DNA from: Escherichia phage phi92
Direction: 5' to 3' (one strand)
DNA: 64,000 nucleotides
Sequence record: NC_023693.1
This document shows, piece by piece, positions 39,156 to 48,168 of the stretch. Each line of letters begins with the position of its first letter. Within the stretch, counting starts at the first letter, position 1. The notes under the pieces were generated by a model. It was not told where the DNA came from and did not search any database. It saw nothing but the letters and a program-made list of their open reading frames with translations. Both the position numbers and the translations under genes were made by a program.

Positions 39156-40169
39156 TTAAAGACTTTCAATAACTTGACGACGCAGTTCATTGGCATCTGC
39201 AAGATTATAATTAAGACGAACGTGTTCTGCAAGCATCATACCACGATCTTCTGTGTATCTAGGATTCCTAATTAGCTTGACAACTTCATAGTGCCAAGAT
39301 GCTTTAGAGTCTGCATAGATAACAGCCTTTGCATCTACCGGATTGAAGTACGGCAGCACAGGAGAACAGATAATAGGAAGACCCTTTGCACCTGCTTCCA
39401 AAATCTTCAAATTGCTTTTACAGTTGTTGAAGTCATTATCTACCAGAGGAGCAATTGCAATACTATGACCGTCATACACAGACATATACTCACCTAAATT
39501 TTTAATAGCTGGTTTATACTGTGCATTTGGAATTTTACGTTTTATTTTAACCCACTCCGCAGTAGTTAGATACTGACTATTATTTCCAACAGGTGCAGAA
39601 GGATACACTTCATACCCTGCAATTGTCAATAGTGTATCATCAAATGTATTAGCTACAAGAGATAAATCAGGCTCATGGCTTGCTCCTCCAGCCCAGATAA
39701 TAGGTGTGTCAGAACTACGGTCTTTTGTCAAAGTAAATTGACCTTCGTCGTAAGGTAGTGCGTTTCTAATTACGACAACATTACGATTTAAATGACGAAT
39801 TTTGTAAGCTAGGTATTCTGTTGTTACAGTAACAACATCTGCTAACTTAACCATCTCTACAATAGTCTTTGAATGATTAGTAAATACGCCAGCCATATAA
39901 TGTTCAGGATTAAGTGAATAAAAGTCATCTAAATCAACAATAATCTTAACACCTTGTGCCTTCAGGCGTTTAACCTCGTCTGCTCCACGAGAATACACTC
40001 TATTAAAAACTAAAACGTCTTTCTTAGGTTTAAATGTATTTCCAGCAAATGGCATTACAATACGATGGTAATCACAACCACTGCCTAACTTATTATCACA
40101 CTTAAGTACAGGAGTATTAGGATTTACCATATTTTTGAGCCTCCTCATAAGAGATAAAAGTTTTACCAT
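39156..40169 (-). CDS. putative glycosyltransferase, GT-B fold-like (paralog 2; start uncertain)
   Basis: Shares CDYHRI, IWAGGASHEPDL and LKILEAGAKGLPIICSP blocks with 38200-39144; an internal ATG at 40130 aligns better with the paralog N-terminus. Confidence 0.4.
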   Translation of the reverse strand: MVKLLSLMRRLKNMVNPNTPVLKCDNKLGSGCDYHRIVMPFAGNTFKPKKDVLVFNRVYSRGADEVKRLKAQGVKIIVDLDDFYSLNPEHYMAGVFTNHSKTIVEMVKLADVVTVTTEYLAYKIRHLNRNVVVIRNALPYDEGQFTLTKDRSSDTPIIWAGGASHEPDLSLVANTFDDTLLTIAGYEVYPSAPVGNNSQYLTTAEWVKIKRKIPNAQYKPAIKNLGEYMSVYDGHSIAIAPLVDNDFNNCKSNLKILEAGAKGLPIICSPVLPYFNPVDAKAVIYADSKASWHYEVVKLIRNPRYTEDRGMMLAEHVRLNYNLADANELRRQVIESL

Positions 40170-40803
40170 TGCGAAGATCCTCCAGAGATTGTTTATATTG
40201 TTCCCAGTTTACACCAATCCCCTGTTCTTTCTCTTCTTTTGACAGATTCGCAAAAGGTAAAGGATTGTCTCCAAACACATCATCAGGATGGATAAACGCC
40301 ATAATTCGAATAGGACATGGCACGCCTTGAATACCTCGGTTCAAACCTGCCAGTGGAACGCGATGAATCCACTCTGCATCTTCATATCCATAACCGTGGG
40401 TGTATGAGCGGAAATAGCCAGCTTTCTCAATAACTGCACGGGAATACATACCAAACTGGCACATACCTAGTTCCCAAATAACCACTTCCCCTTCAATACC
40501 TTTTACTTTATCTTTAAAGTATTCAGGCATACCAAAGAAATCCCAACCATTTTCCTTCGCCTGTTTTACAAAATATGTTTCCCAACCTGGAACAACAGGA
40601 TAACAATCATCATCAAAAATAAACCAGTAGTCATACCCTTCATCATAAAACTTTTTCATCAGTTCATTACGGGCATATGCAACACCTTTTCGTTCACGAT
40701 CATACTGTACAACAAAAGTAGCATTAGGATCAGTTACAAGATAATCTTTAAGAGGACGCTTACCTACAGTAATAACACCAACACCAATTTTTGTATTTTC
40801 CAA
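40117..40803 (-). CDS. glycosyltransferase, GT-A fold-like (DxD)
   Basis: YWFIFDDDCYP (DxD motif) and HGYGYEDAEW; TTG start with AAGGAG RBS. Confidence 0.5.
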   Translation of the reverse strand: MENTKIGVGVITVGKRPLKDYLVTDPNATFVVQYDRERKGVAYARNELMKKFYDEGYDYWFIFDDDCYPVVPGWETYFVKQAKENGWDFFGMPEYFKDKVKGIEGEVVIWELGMCQFGMYSRAVIEKAGYFRSYTHGYGYEDAEWIHRVPLAGLNRGIQGVPCPIRIMAFIHPDDVFGDNPLPFANLSKEEKEQGIGVNWEQYKQSLEDLRNGKTFISYEEAQKYGKS

Positions 40804-40812
40804 AATAACTCC

Positions 40813-41376
40813 TTAAATAATTTTATTCATGTCTTGACAATGTAAAAGGTGTGAAACAGCTTTTCTAGGATCATCATTACCTAAACGGTATGTGTGAAAT
40901 AAATATAACCCACGTAGTAAACCTAGCCTTTTATTGTTAGCGTGCAATGCTTTAGAGAAAATTATATCAAACTGTATTGATCTTTCCTCAAAAGGAATTT
41001 CATTCCACAGACTCTTACGAAAGAGAAGAAAGAATCCTGCTAAGATAGCATCTGTAGGTACTTCCTCTATTGAGTTTCCCCATTCTAGATGTGCTCTTTT
41101 TGCAATCTCAATGTGGTGTAATATATTCGGATCTTCACTTCTTTCATTATTAAATAATTGATATGTTGATCCCAATCTGTTACAAGATGCACCAAGAACA
41201 TCAAAATCAGGATTTGAACGGACAATTGATTCCAGCCAAGCAGGTTGTTCTGGAAGAAGAAACATTGTATCAATGTCTCTTAGGCAAATCCAACTATCTT
41301 CTGGTAAGACACTTATTGTGTCATTGATACCTTTTCCAATATCTCCAGAAAGATAGGGAGTTATGTGAAATATCAT
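40813..41376 (-). CDS. hypothetical protein, possible glycosyltransferase-like
   Basis: 187 aa; contains CLRDIDTMF (DxD-like); weak evidence. Confidence 0.3.
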   Translation of the reverse strand: MIFHITPYLSGDIGKGINDTISVLPEDSWICLRDIDTMFLLPEQPAWLESIVRSNPDFDVLGASCNRLGSTYQLFNNERSEDPNILHHIEIAKRAHLEWGNSIEEVPTDAILAGFFLLFRKSLWNEIPFEERSIQFDIIFSKALHANNKRLGLLRGLYLFHTYRLGNDDPRKAVSHLLHCQDMNKII

Positions 41377-41433
41377 ACTCCCTCCGTATTATTACTTTAG
41401 CATTTTTAGACTAAAAAGTCCAAATGGTTTTAC

Positions 41434-41628
41434 CTATTGATTACGTTTTGCGAGTTCCATTTGGATAGCTAAACTGTGATCTCGTGCTTCCATATATTCT
41501 TTATATGTTTCATTAAGATGATCACGACAAACATCACGCAGTTTAATCAGTTTATCTGTAGGGATACCACTAAGATCATCCCAAGATTTTACAACTTCAC
41601 CAGTATCATTGATCCCAATGGTTTTCAT
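41434..41628 (-). CDS. hypothetical protein
   Basis: 64 aa ORF. Confidence 0.35.
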   Translation of the reverse strand: MKTIGINDTGEVVKSWDDLSGIPTDKLIKLRDVCRDHLNETYKEYMEARDHSLAIQMELAKRNQ

Positions 41629-41884
41629 CTACAACCTCCTTAATTGCTACAGCACAGTTTTTGCAGATACACTGCCCTTTACCTTTAGAAATCTGGATGT
41701 AAGGTTCATTTTCATTTTCGCCCTTACGTGAGTCATATATTACAGAATTGAAGCACACAACGCAAATATTTTTTAAGATTGTATACTTATCAACTTTCTT
41801 TTTTGTTTTAAAGTTAACTTCAATAACATCAGCCATCAGTGTAACACTCCCAGTATGTTGCTTTGTGACATAACCATAGAACAT
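41606..41884 (-). CDS. zinc-ribbon protein
   Basis: 92 aa with CVVCFN...CICKNC cysteine pairs. Confidence 0.4.
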   Translation of the reverse strand: MFYGYVTKQHTGSVTLMADVIEVNFKTKKKVDKYTILKNICVVCFNSVIYDSRKGENENEPYIQISKGKGQCICKNCAVAIKEVVDENHWDQ

Positions 41885-42114
41885 TCAACATTATCGTGAC
41901 TACGTGAAAAACGTTCCCAAACATCTTCATCGACTCGTAAAGCTATACAAGGATAGACGTTATCATTGATCATTTCAATTGAATAAACATCCACATTGTC
42001 TTCGTCTTCGATGAACATCATTGCAAACTGTTCTAAATGTTTCCTAATGTAATGTACATCCTCTTCTGTAAGACCAATAACAAGATAACTTGCAACGATA
42101 ACGCCATCTTTCAT
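41836..42114 (-). CDS. hypothetical protein
   Basis: 92 aa acidic ORF. Confidence 0.4.
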   Translation of the reverse strand: MKDGVIVASYLVIGLTEEDVHYIRKHLEQFAMMFIEDEDNVDVYSIEMINDNVYPCIALRVDEDVWERFSRSHDNVECSMVMSQSNILGVLH

Positions 42115-42124
42115 CTATATCTCC

Positions 42125-42634
42125 TTAGCGATAGAATTGATGTTCTTTGTAGCGGTACACTAGAACCATATCTTTTTCCCAGTGTGCTCTTATTGTAGAT
42201 TTTTTAAAGTATAATGCTCCTTTTGTAATATCTAATGCAATTCGTAATTCTGGAAAATGCGTATCGAGATAAAGTAGACGTTCTGCTATAGCCTTAGCTT
42301 CCTTCCACTTATCACGTTCCATAACGTTGAATGTCTTTGTGTAAGAGAATTGTCCTTTTTGAAACAAAACTTCTTTTATAGTATCAGGGAAATATGAATC
42401 TCTAGCCCTATTCAATACTACATTACCAACAGCAGACATACCGCGCTTTCCTTGATTACGACTTTCTGCATAGATTGCACAAGCTAATAGATTTTCTTTA
42501 CTATCACGCTTTGTACACTTGTGAACTACTTTAGCAGTTTTTACGTTTGCAGCTTCGGCTTGCGCCACAACAGGTGTAAATGTAAAAGCAGTTAAGGATA
42601 GTAACGCAATTGCGACAAAGGTTTTTATTGACAA
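42125..42634 (-). CDS. secreted cell wall hydrolase, SleB/Hydrolase_2-like
   Basis: N-terminal signal peptide (MSIKTFVAIALLSLTAFTFTPVVAQA) and LLACAIYAESRNQGKRGMSAVGNVVLNRA, which matches the SleB-type hydrolase motif. Confidence 0.55.
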   Translation of the reverse strand: MSIKTFVAIALLSLTAFTFTPVVAQAEAANVKTAKVVHKCTKRDSKENLLACAIYAESRNQGKRGMSAVGNVVLNRARDSYFPDTIKEVLFQKGQFSYTKTFNVMERDKWKEAKAIAERLLYLDTHFPELRIALDITKGALYFKKSTIRAHWEKDMVLVYRYKEHQFYR

Positions 42635-42665
42635 ACTTGCCTCCTATTTTGTTAAACGAACTTTT

Positions 42666-42694
42666 ATTGTAACACAGAAGAGGCTGTTTTGCAA
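42666..42694 (-). promoter_or_regulatory. sigma70-like promoter (-35 TTGCAA, 17 nt spacer, -10 TACAAT)
   Basis: On the - strand, TTGCAA (42689-42694) and TACAAT (42666-42671); RBS GGAGG and start at 42634. Confidence 0.55.
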
Positions 42695-42697
42695 GTG

Positions 42698-42716
42698 GAG
42701 GGGGATTATCCCCCTC
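42698..42716 (-). terminator. GC-rich hairpin, possible terminator downstream of 42727-43329
   Basis: GAGGGGGA-tta-TCCCCCTC; no clear T-run on the - strand, so termination is uncertain. Confidence 0.35.
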
Positions 42717-42726
42717 TTACACTCTG

Positions 42727-43329
42727 TTAGATATTGTAAACCTTTGTATGAGTTACTACACCATCTTCTACAAAATCAATACGTTCTTGATCCGTAACTA
42801 GTGCAGACAACACTTTAAATTTAATTTTTACACGTTCAAAAGCTGGTTGACCATCTTTAAGATAATTATGTTCAGTTGTCACTGTCTTGTTTACAAAATC
42901 AATTTTTGCTTTACCGTTTTCGCGTAGGTGGAATGTTTTTCCTGCTTTGTACACAATTTCAACATTACCTTCGAGAATAATTCCTTCAAAAAGTTCACCA
43001 TCTTCTTCATTTTCTTCACTTTTGAACAGACGACGAAACTCTTCCATATCAAGATAAACAACATCTTCAGGATGACTATCAGTAAGGTATGTCCTACCAT
43101 CCATTAACCCGAAATATTGCCAGACTGCAGAATAAACATCACAATTTGATCCTGCGGTTTCCTTTAGTTTAGTTCCACGGATTACTTCATAAACTTCAAA
43201 ATTAAAACCAGACTGCAAAGCATTAAACAGTACATCACTAACTTCTAAAGCATAATCTTCATTGTTGTCAATATCCACAAGAAAATTACCGCTACGAATA
43301 AGTTTTTGACCTACTAAAGTAATACCCAT
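42727..43329 (-). CDS. hypothetical protein
   Basis: 200 aa ORF with GAGGAG RBS, adjacent to terD. Confidence 0.4.
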   Translation of the reverse strand: MGITLVGQKLIRSGNFLVDIDNNEDYALEVSDVLFNALQSGFNFEVYEVIRGTKLKETAGSNCDVYSAVWQYFGLMDGRTYLTDSHPEDVVYLDMEEFRRLFKSEENEEDGELFEGIILEGNVEIVYKAGKTFHLRENGKAKIDFVNKTVTTEHNYLKDGQPAFERVKIKFKVLSALVTDQERIDFVEDGVVTHTKVYNI

Positions 43330-43348
43330 TGTTTTCTCCTCTTCTATT

Positions 43349-43372
43349 TAAAATATGCGCCCCGAAGGGCGC
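43349..43372 (-). terminator. intrinsic terminator downstream of terD
   Basis: GCGCCC-ttcg-GGGCGC followed on the - strand by ATATTTT. Confidence 0.5.
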
Positions 43373-43381
43373 TATGATTTA

Positions 43382-43978
43382 TTACTCGAACCAATCGTCG
43401 CCAGCGCCAAACGCTTTAACTACATCGTAAATATCAAGCCCAGCTTTACCCACACCATACGCTTTCAGTTTCCATTCGCTATCTTCTCGCACCAGGGAGG
43501 CAACGTGGCAAATGGTGTTACCTGCAAGTTCTGGAGCCAAGAAGTCAAAGTCCAGCAGTTCAACATTACGTTCATCATCGAAGATTTTAAGGAAACCTTC
43601 GGTAGCGTGACCAAGGCGTTTCTTACCCGTTTCGTCATCAATAGTAATTACGAATGCAATTTCCTGTGCTTCAGCAGAGATATTATCCAGTGTAACATCA
43701 ATCTGCTCCATTTGTCCTACACCGTCACGAACATCTTCACCTGCAAAAGTAGAACGTTCAGGATCAAATTTCTGTGCGTAGCATACCAGGTGGCGAGGAG
43801 ACAACAGTTCCGGCAGACCAGATGCATTGTGTCGGCAAATCAGAGCACTAACATCCAGATCCAGTTTTTCGTTAGATTTCCAAGAGAATTCCAGACGAAT
43901 GCGTTTCAGTGCTGGTGCGATCTTTTTCAGGGAAACTTTTTCGCTAGAACCTTTTTTCAGGGAAATTTTCTGAGTCAT
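43382..43978 (-). CDS. terD: TerD-family stress protein
   Basis: N-terminal ISLKKG...VSLKK, DLDVSA, FVITIDD and EWKLKAYG blocks match the TerD domain as I recall it; AAGGAG RBS. Confidence 0.6.
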   Translation of the reverse strand: MTQKISLKKGSSEKVSLKKIAPALKRIRLEFSWKSNEKLDLDVSALICRHNASGLPELLSPRHLVCYAQKFDPERSTFAGEDVRDGVGQMEQIDVTLDNISAEAQEIAFVITIDDETGKKRLGHATEGFLKIFDDERNVELLDFDFLAPELAGNTICHVASLVREDSEWKLKAYGVGKAGLDIYDVVKAFGAGDDWFE

Positions 43979-44015
43979 AATTTATTATCTCCTTTGTTGT
44001 TAATTTACGTTGTCT

Positions 44016-44043
44016 ATTTTACTAATCTTTTCTACAAAGTCAA
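44016..44043 (-). promoter_or_regulatory. sigma70-like promoter (-35 TTGACT, 16 nt spacer, -10 TAAAAT)
   Basis: On the - strand upstream of terD; TTGACT is the complement of 44038-44043 and TAAAAT of 44016-44021. Confidence 0.5.
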
Positions 44044-44050
44044 GCGTTTT

Positions 44051-44845
44051 TTACGCTTTTGCTCCGAATTTTTTAACCCACTCACCAAACTCTTCGGATA
44101 ACAGTTTATCGTAAAGTTCTTCGTCAGACAAGGACAAATCTGCAATACCGATAAAATCAACATTATCGTATTCTTTTGCCAAGTCTTTCAGGAATTTAAA
44201 GTTTGCATTACCTACACCAACCATAAACCAGTAAACAGGAGTGTTGCGGTGTTTGTTCAGCAAACTACGTACTGCTGAAGTATCCATGTTCTCCCCGTCA
44301 GTTTGGAAGAAAATCATTGCAGGAGTACGATCAACTTGTGCATCAGTATCTACAACCTGTTCTACAACAGTACGTGTAACTTCTACACGTTCTTTTTTAC
44401 CAGTTAGTTTAGCAAGGAAACCCTTAGCCGGAACTTCTTCATACTCAACGACTTCGCGTGTAATATTTTTCATAGGTACACTACCGAAGTATGTATCATA
44501 GATCTCTTGCATTACTGGGGCATAAGCTGTACCACCATTGATGCAAACATTAGACATACAAGAGCCGACATAATCATCATATACATCAGCCGTTGCGGGA
44601 GGCAGTTCAAAAGAAGAACTATTGAAAGCCCACATGTCAATCTGTGCATTATCATCAAATTTCATACCAAACGGCAGCAGCTTACCTACAAAATCACTAA
44701 CAGTGCCATCACGATACAGCTCACACATACTACCCGAAATATCTAAGGCGCTACCGACACGAAGAACAACATCGTTAATCTTTTTCTTACGCAGAGATAC
44801 GGTAAGAGTTTCTTGACGTTTTTTAAGACTGATTTTATTGGACAT
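44051..44845 (-). CDS. von Willebrand factor A domain protein (TerY-like)
   Basis: MIDAS motif DISGSM, downstream GGT and FQTDGE; TerD-like N-terminal ISLKK...VSLRK segment. Confidence 0.55.
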   Translation of the reverse strand: MSNKISLKKRQETLTVSLRKKKINDVVLRVGSALDISGSMCELYRDGTVSDFVGKLLPFGMKFDDNAQIDMWAFNSSSFELPPATADVYDDYVGSCMSNVCINGGTAYAPVMQEIYDTYFGSVPMKNITREVVEYEEVPAKGFLAKLTGKKERVEVTRTVVEQVVDTDAQVDRTPAMIFFQTDGENMDTSAVRSLLNKHRNTPVYWFMVGVGNANFKFLKDLAKEYDNVDFIGIADLSLSDEELYDKLLSEEFGEWVKKFGAKA

Positions 44846-44846
44846 A

Positions 44847-45116
44847 TTATTTCTCCTTTCTGAGTGTAATGTTAGTAACTTCTAAATCCACTTCTACCAT
44901 TTCTGTATCATATGAAATACAGCTAAGTTGACCTCTTTGTGAACCGTTCAGACACATTGCTTGGTTTGTATTAACCTTAATAAACACTAAGTTTCTGAAC
45001 GTATCTAAACCAGCATCTTGATAGGCAACATAATATACAAATGTATCACCTGCGTCAAGTTCTCCAAAACATTTAGGTTCATCTGATTCGTCGTCTTTGA
45101 TATTAAATTTAAGCAC
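44847..45116 (-). CDS. hypothetical protein
   Basis: 89 aa ORF. Confidence 0.4.
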   Translation of the reverse strand: MLKFNIKDDESDEPKCFGELDAGDTFVYYVAYQDAGLDTFRNLVFIKVNTNQAMCLNGSQRGQLSCISYDTEMVEVDLEVTNITLRKEK

Positions 45117-45672
45117 TATCTTCTCCTTTACCTACTTTCAAGCCTAAATAGAAAGCCTCTCTAGTGATTTTTTGCAACTCGTTTAAAGAGATAGTTACAA
45201 CTAAATCATCTTCAATTTCTAGTTTTGAGTCTTCTTCTGTCTCAATGCAAGTATTATGCACTTTGTGGTAAGGATTGTCAACACGTTTAAATTTATTATT
45301 TTCAGTGCTGAAGAAGCAATCTGGATCTTCTTCCCCATCACCCCAACCCTGGTTAGGATCTTCTTCAGATCTTTCTGTTGGGATCTCACCTGTAAAGTGT
45401 TCTTCTAATACCAGAGCAATCCCATCTCCAAGATCGGAAGAGAACATCAAATTACAAACTTCTTCCCAAGGCATAGACCACTTAAATCTTTTACGATTGC
45501 CATGTTTATCTTCTTCGTTAGAGAAAACACTACCATAGCTATCATAATTCCCATACATCTCTTCGACAACCTTACCACCTTTCAAAAGAAATAGGTAGCA
45601 AGGAGAGCCATCGAAAGAGGTAGAGAGAGCAGCATTACCAGACTCTTTGCACAAGAAACTAAAACACCCCAT
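45109..45672 (-). CDS. hypothetical protein
   Basis: 187 aa acidic ORF. Confidence 0.4.
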   Translation of the reverse strand: MGCFSFLCKESGNAALSTSFDGSPCYLFLLKGGKVVEEMYGNYDSYGSVFSNEEDKHGNRKRFKWSMPWEEVCNLMFSSDLGDGIALVLEEHFTGEIPTERSEEDPNQGWGDGEEDPDCFFSTENNKFKRVDNPYHKVHNTCIETEEDSKLEIEDDLVVTISLNELQKITREAFYLGLKVGKGEDSA

Positions 45673-45872
45673 TATACACCAGCCTTAAGATCAATTAAAG
45701 CCAAAGTTGTTTCAGAGTGTGTTTGCTCGTCTACAGGCGCAGTCATATGATAATACAAAAAATCTTCGGCATCATACCAATCTGATTCTTGACCTTGTTT
45801 CCAACCATCAATGAAAGCATCTTCCATAATGGTTTGCAATTCTTCACGAGTTAAGTGAATATCTTTACTCAT
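45672..45872 (-). CDS. hypothetical protein
   Basis: 66 aa ORF with start/stop coupled to neighbours. Confidence 0.35.
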   Translation of the reverse strand: MSKDIHLTREELQTIMEDAFIDGWKQGQESDWYDAEDFLYYHMTAPVDEQTHSETTLALIDLKAGV

Positions 45873-46105
45873 TACACATTCTCCTCTTTTACCAATTCCA
45901 TCGTTGAATTGTCAAAACCATCTTTAGAAGAATAGGTATAGACAGAACGTAGTTCTCGCAGGACAGTGAATACATTAGGATCATCTAACCAAGCATCCTG
46001 GAGGAGAACATAACGATCTTCATTGTCATACTGAACAGCAATCATAGAACCAGACAGTTTGTAAATTTTAATATTCATAATATATTTCTCCTTAAAGTAG
46101 ACCAC
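45872..46105 (-). CDS. hypothetical protein
   Basis: 77 aa ORF. Confidence 0.35.
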   Translation of the reverse strand: MVYFKEKYIMNIKIYKLSGSMIAVQYDNEDRYVLLQDAWLDDPNVFTVLRELRSVYTYSSKDGFDNSTMELVKEENV

Positions 46106-47195
46106 GTTTAACAGTTTGAATCATACCATCTTCAAGAGATTGCACTTCTTGAATGTAATCAATACGGGCAGCACGGGCTTCAGTGTTGATTCGGTTAGTT
46201 TCTTCCAACATTTTAACTAAGTTTTCTTGATCACGACGTAATGTTTCAATATCCAATACTTGACGATTAGCAAGTTGTGTAGCTTCAATTTGGTTTTGTG
46301 CAGCCAGATCACTACCCATTGCAATAGCAGCATTAAATTCATTCAGTACATTGTTCTGTGTATCGGCTGCTTTCTTCTGGCGTAGACTTTCAATATACAT
46401 AGAAAAGTTTGCAGAGTAAGCAGGGATAACATTATTCACAATATTACGGGCTGATCGCATCAAACTTGCAGATACTTTCTGCATACTTTGTACACGTGGC
46501 CCCATCTGAACACACAGTAAGCGTAAGGCTTTCAGGTCTGCAATACGAATTTCAAGCAGATCCATAGTATCACGAGTACGCTGACGCTCTTCTACGTCAT
46601 TTTCAGGCAGTGTATTAAGGCGAATTTCTTCTTTTTCATAAGTAGCTGTTAGAAGCTCTATATCTCTGTTTAAGCTAAGAGCATATTTTGCAATAGCCTC
46701 TTCTAAACGTTGCAGATATCGTAAAGAATCTTCTTCTTTTTTCAAGTCTGTTTGGAGTGTCTTTACCAAACCTTCAATACGGTTATTAATGGTGTCAAAT
46801 TCTCCAAACAAATCTTCTTTCATACCTAAAACTTTTTTAACTAGTTTACCTAAACCTTTAGATTGTTTAATAGAGTTAGGATCAAGTTGCTTTGCTTGCT
46901 TAATAAGTGCAGTTAAACGTTCACTCATTTCATCTCCCTGAGATGAACGCTGGTGTTTAAGCACTTCAGCATTAAGGTTACGAAGAGTAAGTCCTGCATC
47001 AGCACCAACCTGTTCAATCTCTTCACGCGACATTGGAGGCAGCATTTGTACAGGTCGTGCAACAGCAGGGGCATATACAGGGCTTGCATCCATAGCACTT
47101 GGAGCAAACAAAGACTTACTTTTTTCTGTTGTTGCCGTGAATACACTCATTTCAGACGGTTTGCTTTTTACGGCACTGATAAAAGGACTGGACAT
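46092..47195 (-). CDS. telA: TelA-like (toxic anion resistance) protein
   Basis: 367 aa, highly alpha-helical; C-terminal VLDIETLRRDQENLVKMLEETNRINTEARAARI resembles the conserved TelA/YceH C-terminal block; GGAGGA RBS. Confidence 0.5.
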   Translation of the reverse strand: MSSPFISAVKSKPSEMSVFTATTEKSKSLFAPSAMDASPVYAPAVARPVQMLPPMSREEIEQVGADAGLTLRNLNAEVLKHQRSSQGDEMSERLTALIKQAKQLDPNSIKQSKGLGKLVKKVLGMKEDLFGEFDTINNRIEGLVKTLQTDLKKEEDSLRYLQRLEEAIAKYALSLNRDIELLTATYEKEEIRLNTLPENDVEERQRTRDTMDLLEIRIADLKALRLLCVQMGPRVQSMQKVSASLMRSARNIVNNVIPAYSANFSMYIESLRQKKAADTQNNVLNEFNAAIAMGSDLAAQNQIEATQLANRQVLDIETLRRDQENLVKMLEETNRINTEARAARIDYIQEVQSLEDGMIQTVKRGLL

Positions 47196-47263
47196 TCAAT
47201 TTCCTCCATATTCTTTAGTAAATGGTGATACCTCTGTACCACCATCATAACACAAATTAAGTA

Positions 47264-48133
47264 TTAAACAAACATATCTAAATAATTTGTAGTAATAAAT
47301 GCTCCATCTGCTTCCAGATTAACATAACCAGTAGCATTAGTGGTTAAGAAATCCAGATCGAAGGACTCTTTAACACCCCGTACCTCAACACGAGAGATAT
47401 CGAATACAGGTAGTGTAACAGCCTCTTCGTGCAATACCGTACCTTTGTAGGTTGCCTTAATGATAAACTTGATATTACCTGTTCCAGCATCATATAAAAC
47501 ACTTTCAAACCCTTTGAGAGTATATTTATCACCAGAGGTGAAGTGCAAAGTTGCTTTGTTTACAGTACGGTTCTTACGAGGAGTTCCTTTCACACGTTTA
47601 TGATCACTACGTCTTTTGCATTTAGGAATGAATACAAACGATACACTCTCAAGAAAGGTATCAACATCAAGGATTTTAATATCCTCTGTTGCAGCAAATT
47701 TTGAAGTAGTTGCATCAAAATGCTTTTCCCTGCGATCATACATAAAGATATCAAACCGATCTTCTAAATCAAACCGATCTTCTAAATCAAACAAATTATG
47801 CAGTTTAATTTCAGAATGCTTGCACATTGCAGCAACCTTAAACTCTTCAAAACGTGGGTGTTCTACAAGTTCTTCAAGTTTTACACCAAAGACAGTATAT
47901 TGTTTCGAAGTTTTTTCTGGTGTTGGCATTACAGAAGCATAATCACCGATTGCGCTCTTAAAGCAAAATTGTTCTTGACCTGTATTTTTACCAACGAATT
48001 TACAGTATTCGTCATCGTGCATACTTTCCTGGGTAGTACCAACAAACTCAAAACCATCTTTATTCTTCTCAAGGATTTCTTGATTAAAGATCCAACCTTC
48101 CAGGCGATATACTTTACCAACTTCTAGTTTCAT
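47264..48133 (-). CDS. hypothetical protein (contains an 18 bp tandem duplication)
   Basis: 289 aa; internal DLEDRFDLEDRF encoded by the tandem repeat at 47751-47786. Confidence 0.4.
   Translation of the reverse strand: MKLEVGKVYRLEGWIFNQEILEKNKDGFEFVGTTQESMHDDEYCKFVGKNTGQEQFCFKSAIGDYASVMPTPEKTSKQYTVFGVKLEELVEHPRFEEFKVAAMCKHSEIKLHNLFDLEDRFDLEDRFDIFMYDRREKHFDATTSKFAATEDIKILDVDTFLESVSFVFIPKCKRRSDHKRVKGTPRKNRTVNKATLHFTSGDKYTLKGFESVLYDAGTGNIKFIIKATYKGTVLHEEAVTLPVFDISRVEVRGVKESFDLDFLTTNATGYVNLEADGAFITTNYLDMFV
47751..47786. repeat. perfect 18 bp tandem duplication (TCAAACCGATCTTCTAAA x2, plus a partial third copy)
   Basis: Positions 47751-47768 and 47769-47786 are identical; in frame within the CDS. 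Confidence 0.8.
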
Positions 48134-48168
48134 CTGTTTCTCCTTCTTATTTAATCTGTATTAAATTA

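Noticed and set aside
41403-41417. 15 bp palindrome TTTTTAGACTAAAAA between genes
   Set aside because: AT-only and short; likely chance in an AT-rich genome, with no supporting flanking signal.
43355-44101. 248 aa ORF on the + strand overlapping terD
   Set aside because: Fully antisense to a well-supported - strand gene with RBS, promoter and terminator; low-complexity translation; no RBS. Treated as a spurious antisense ORF.
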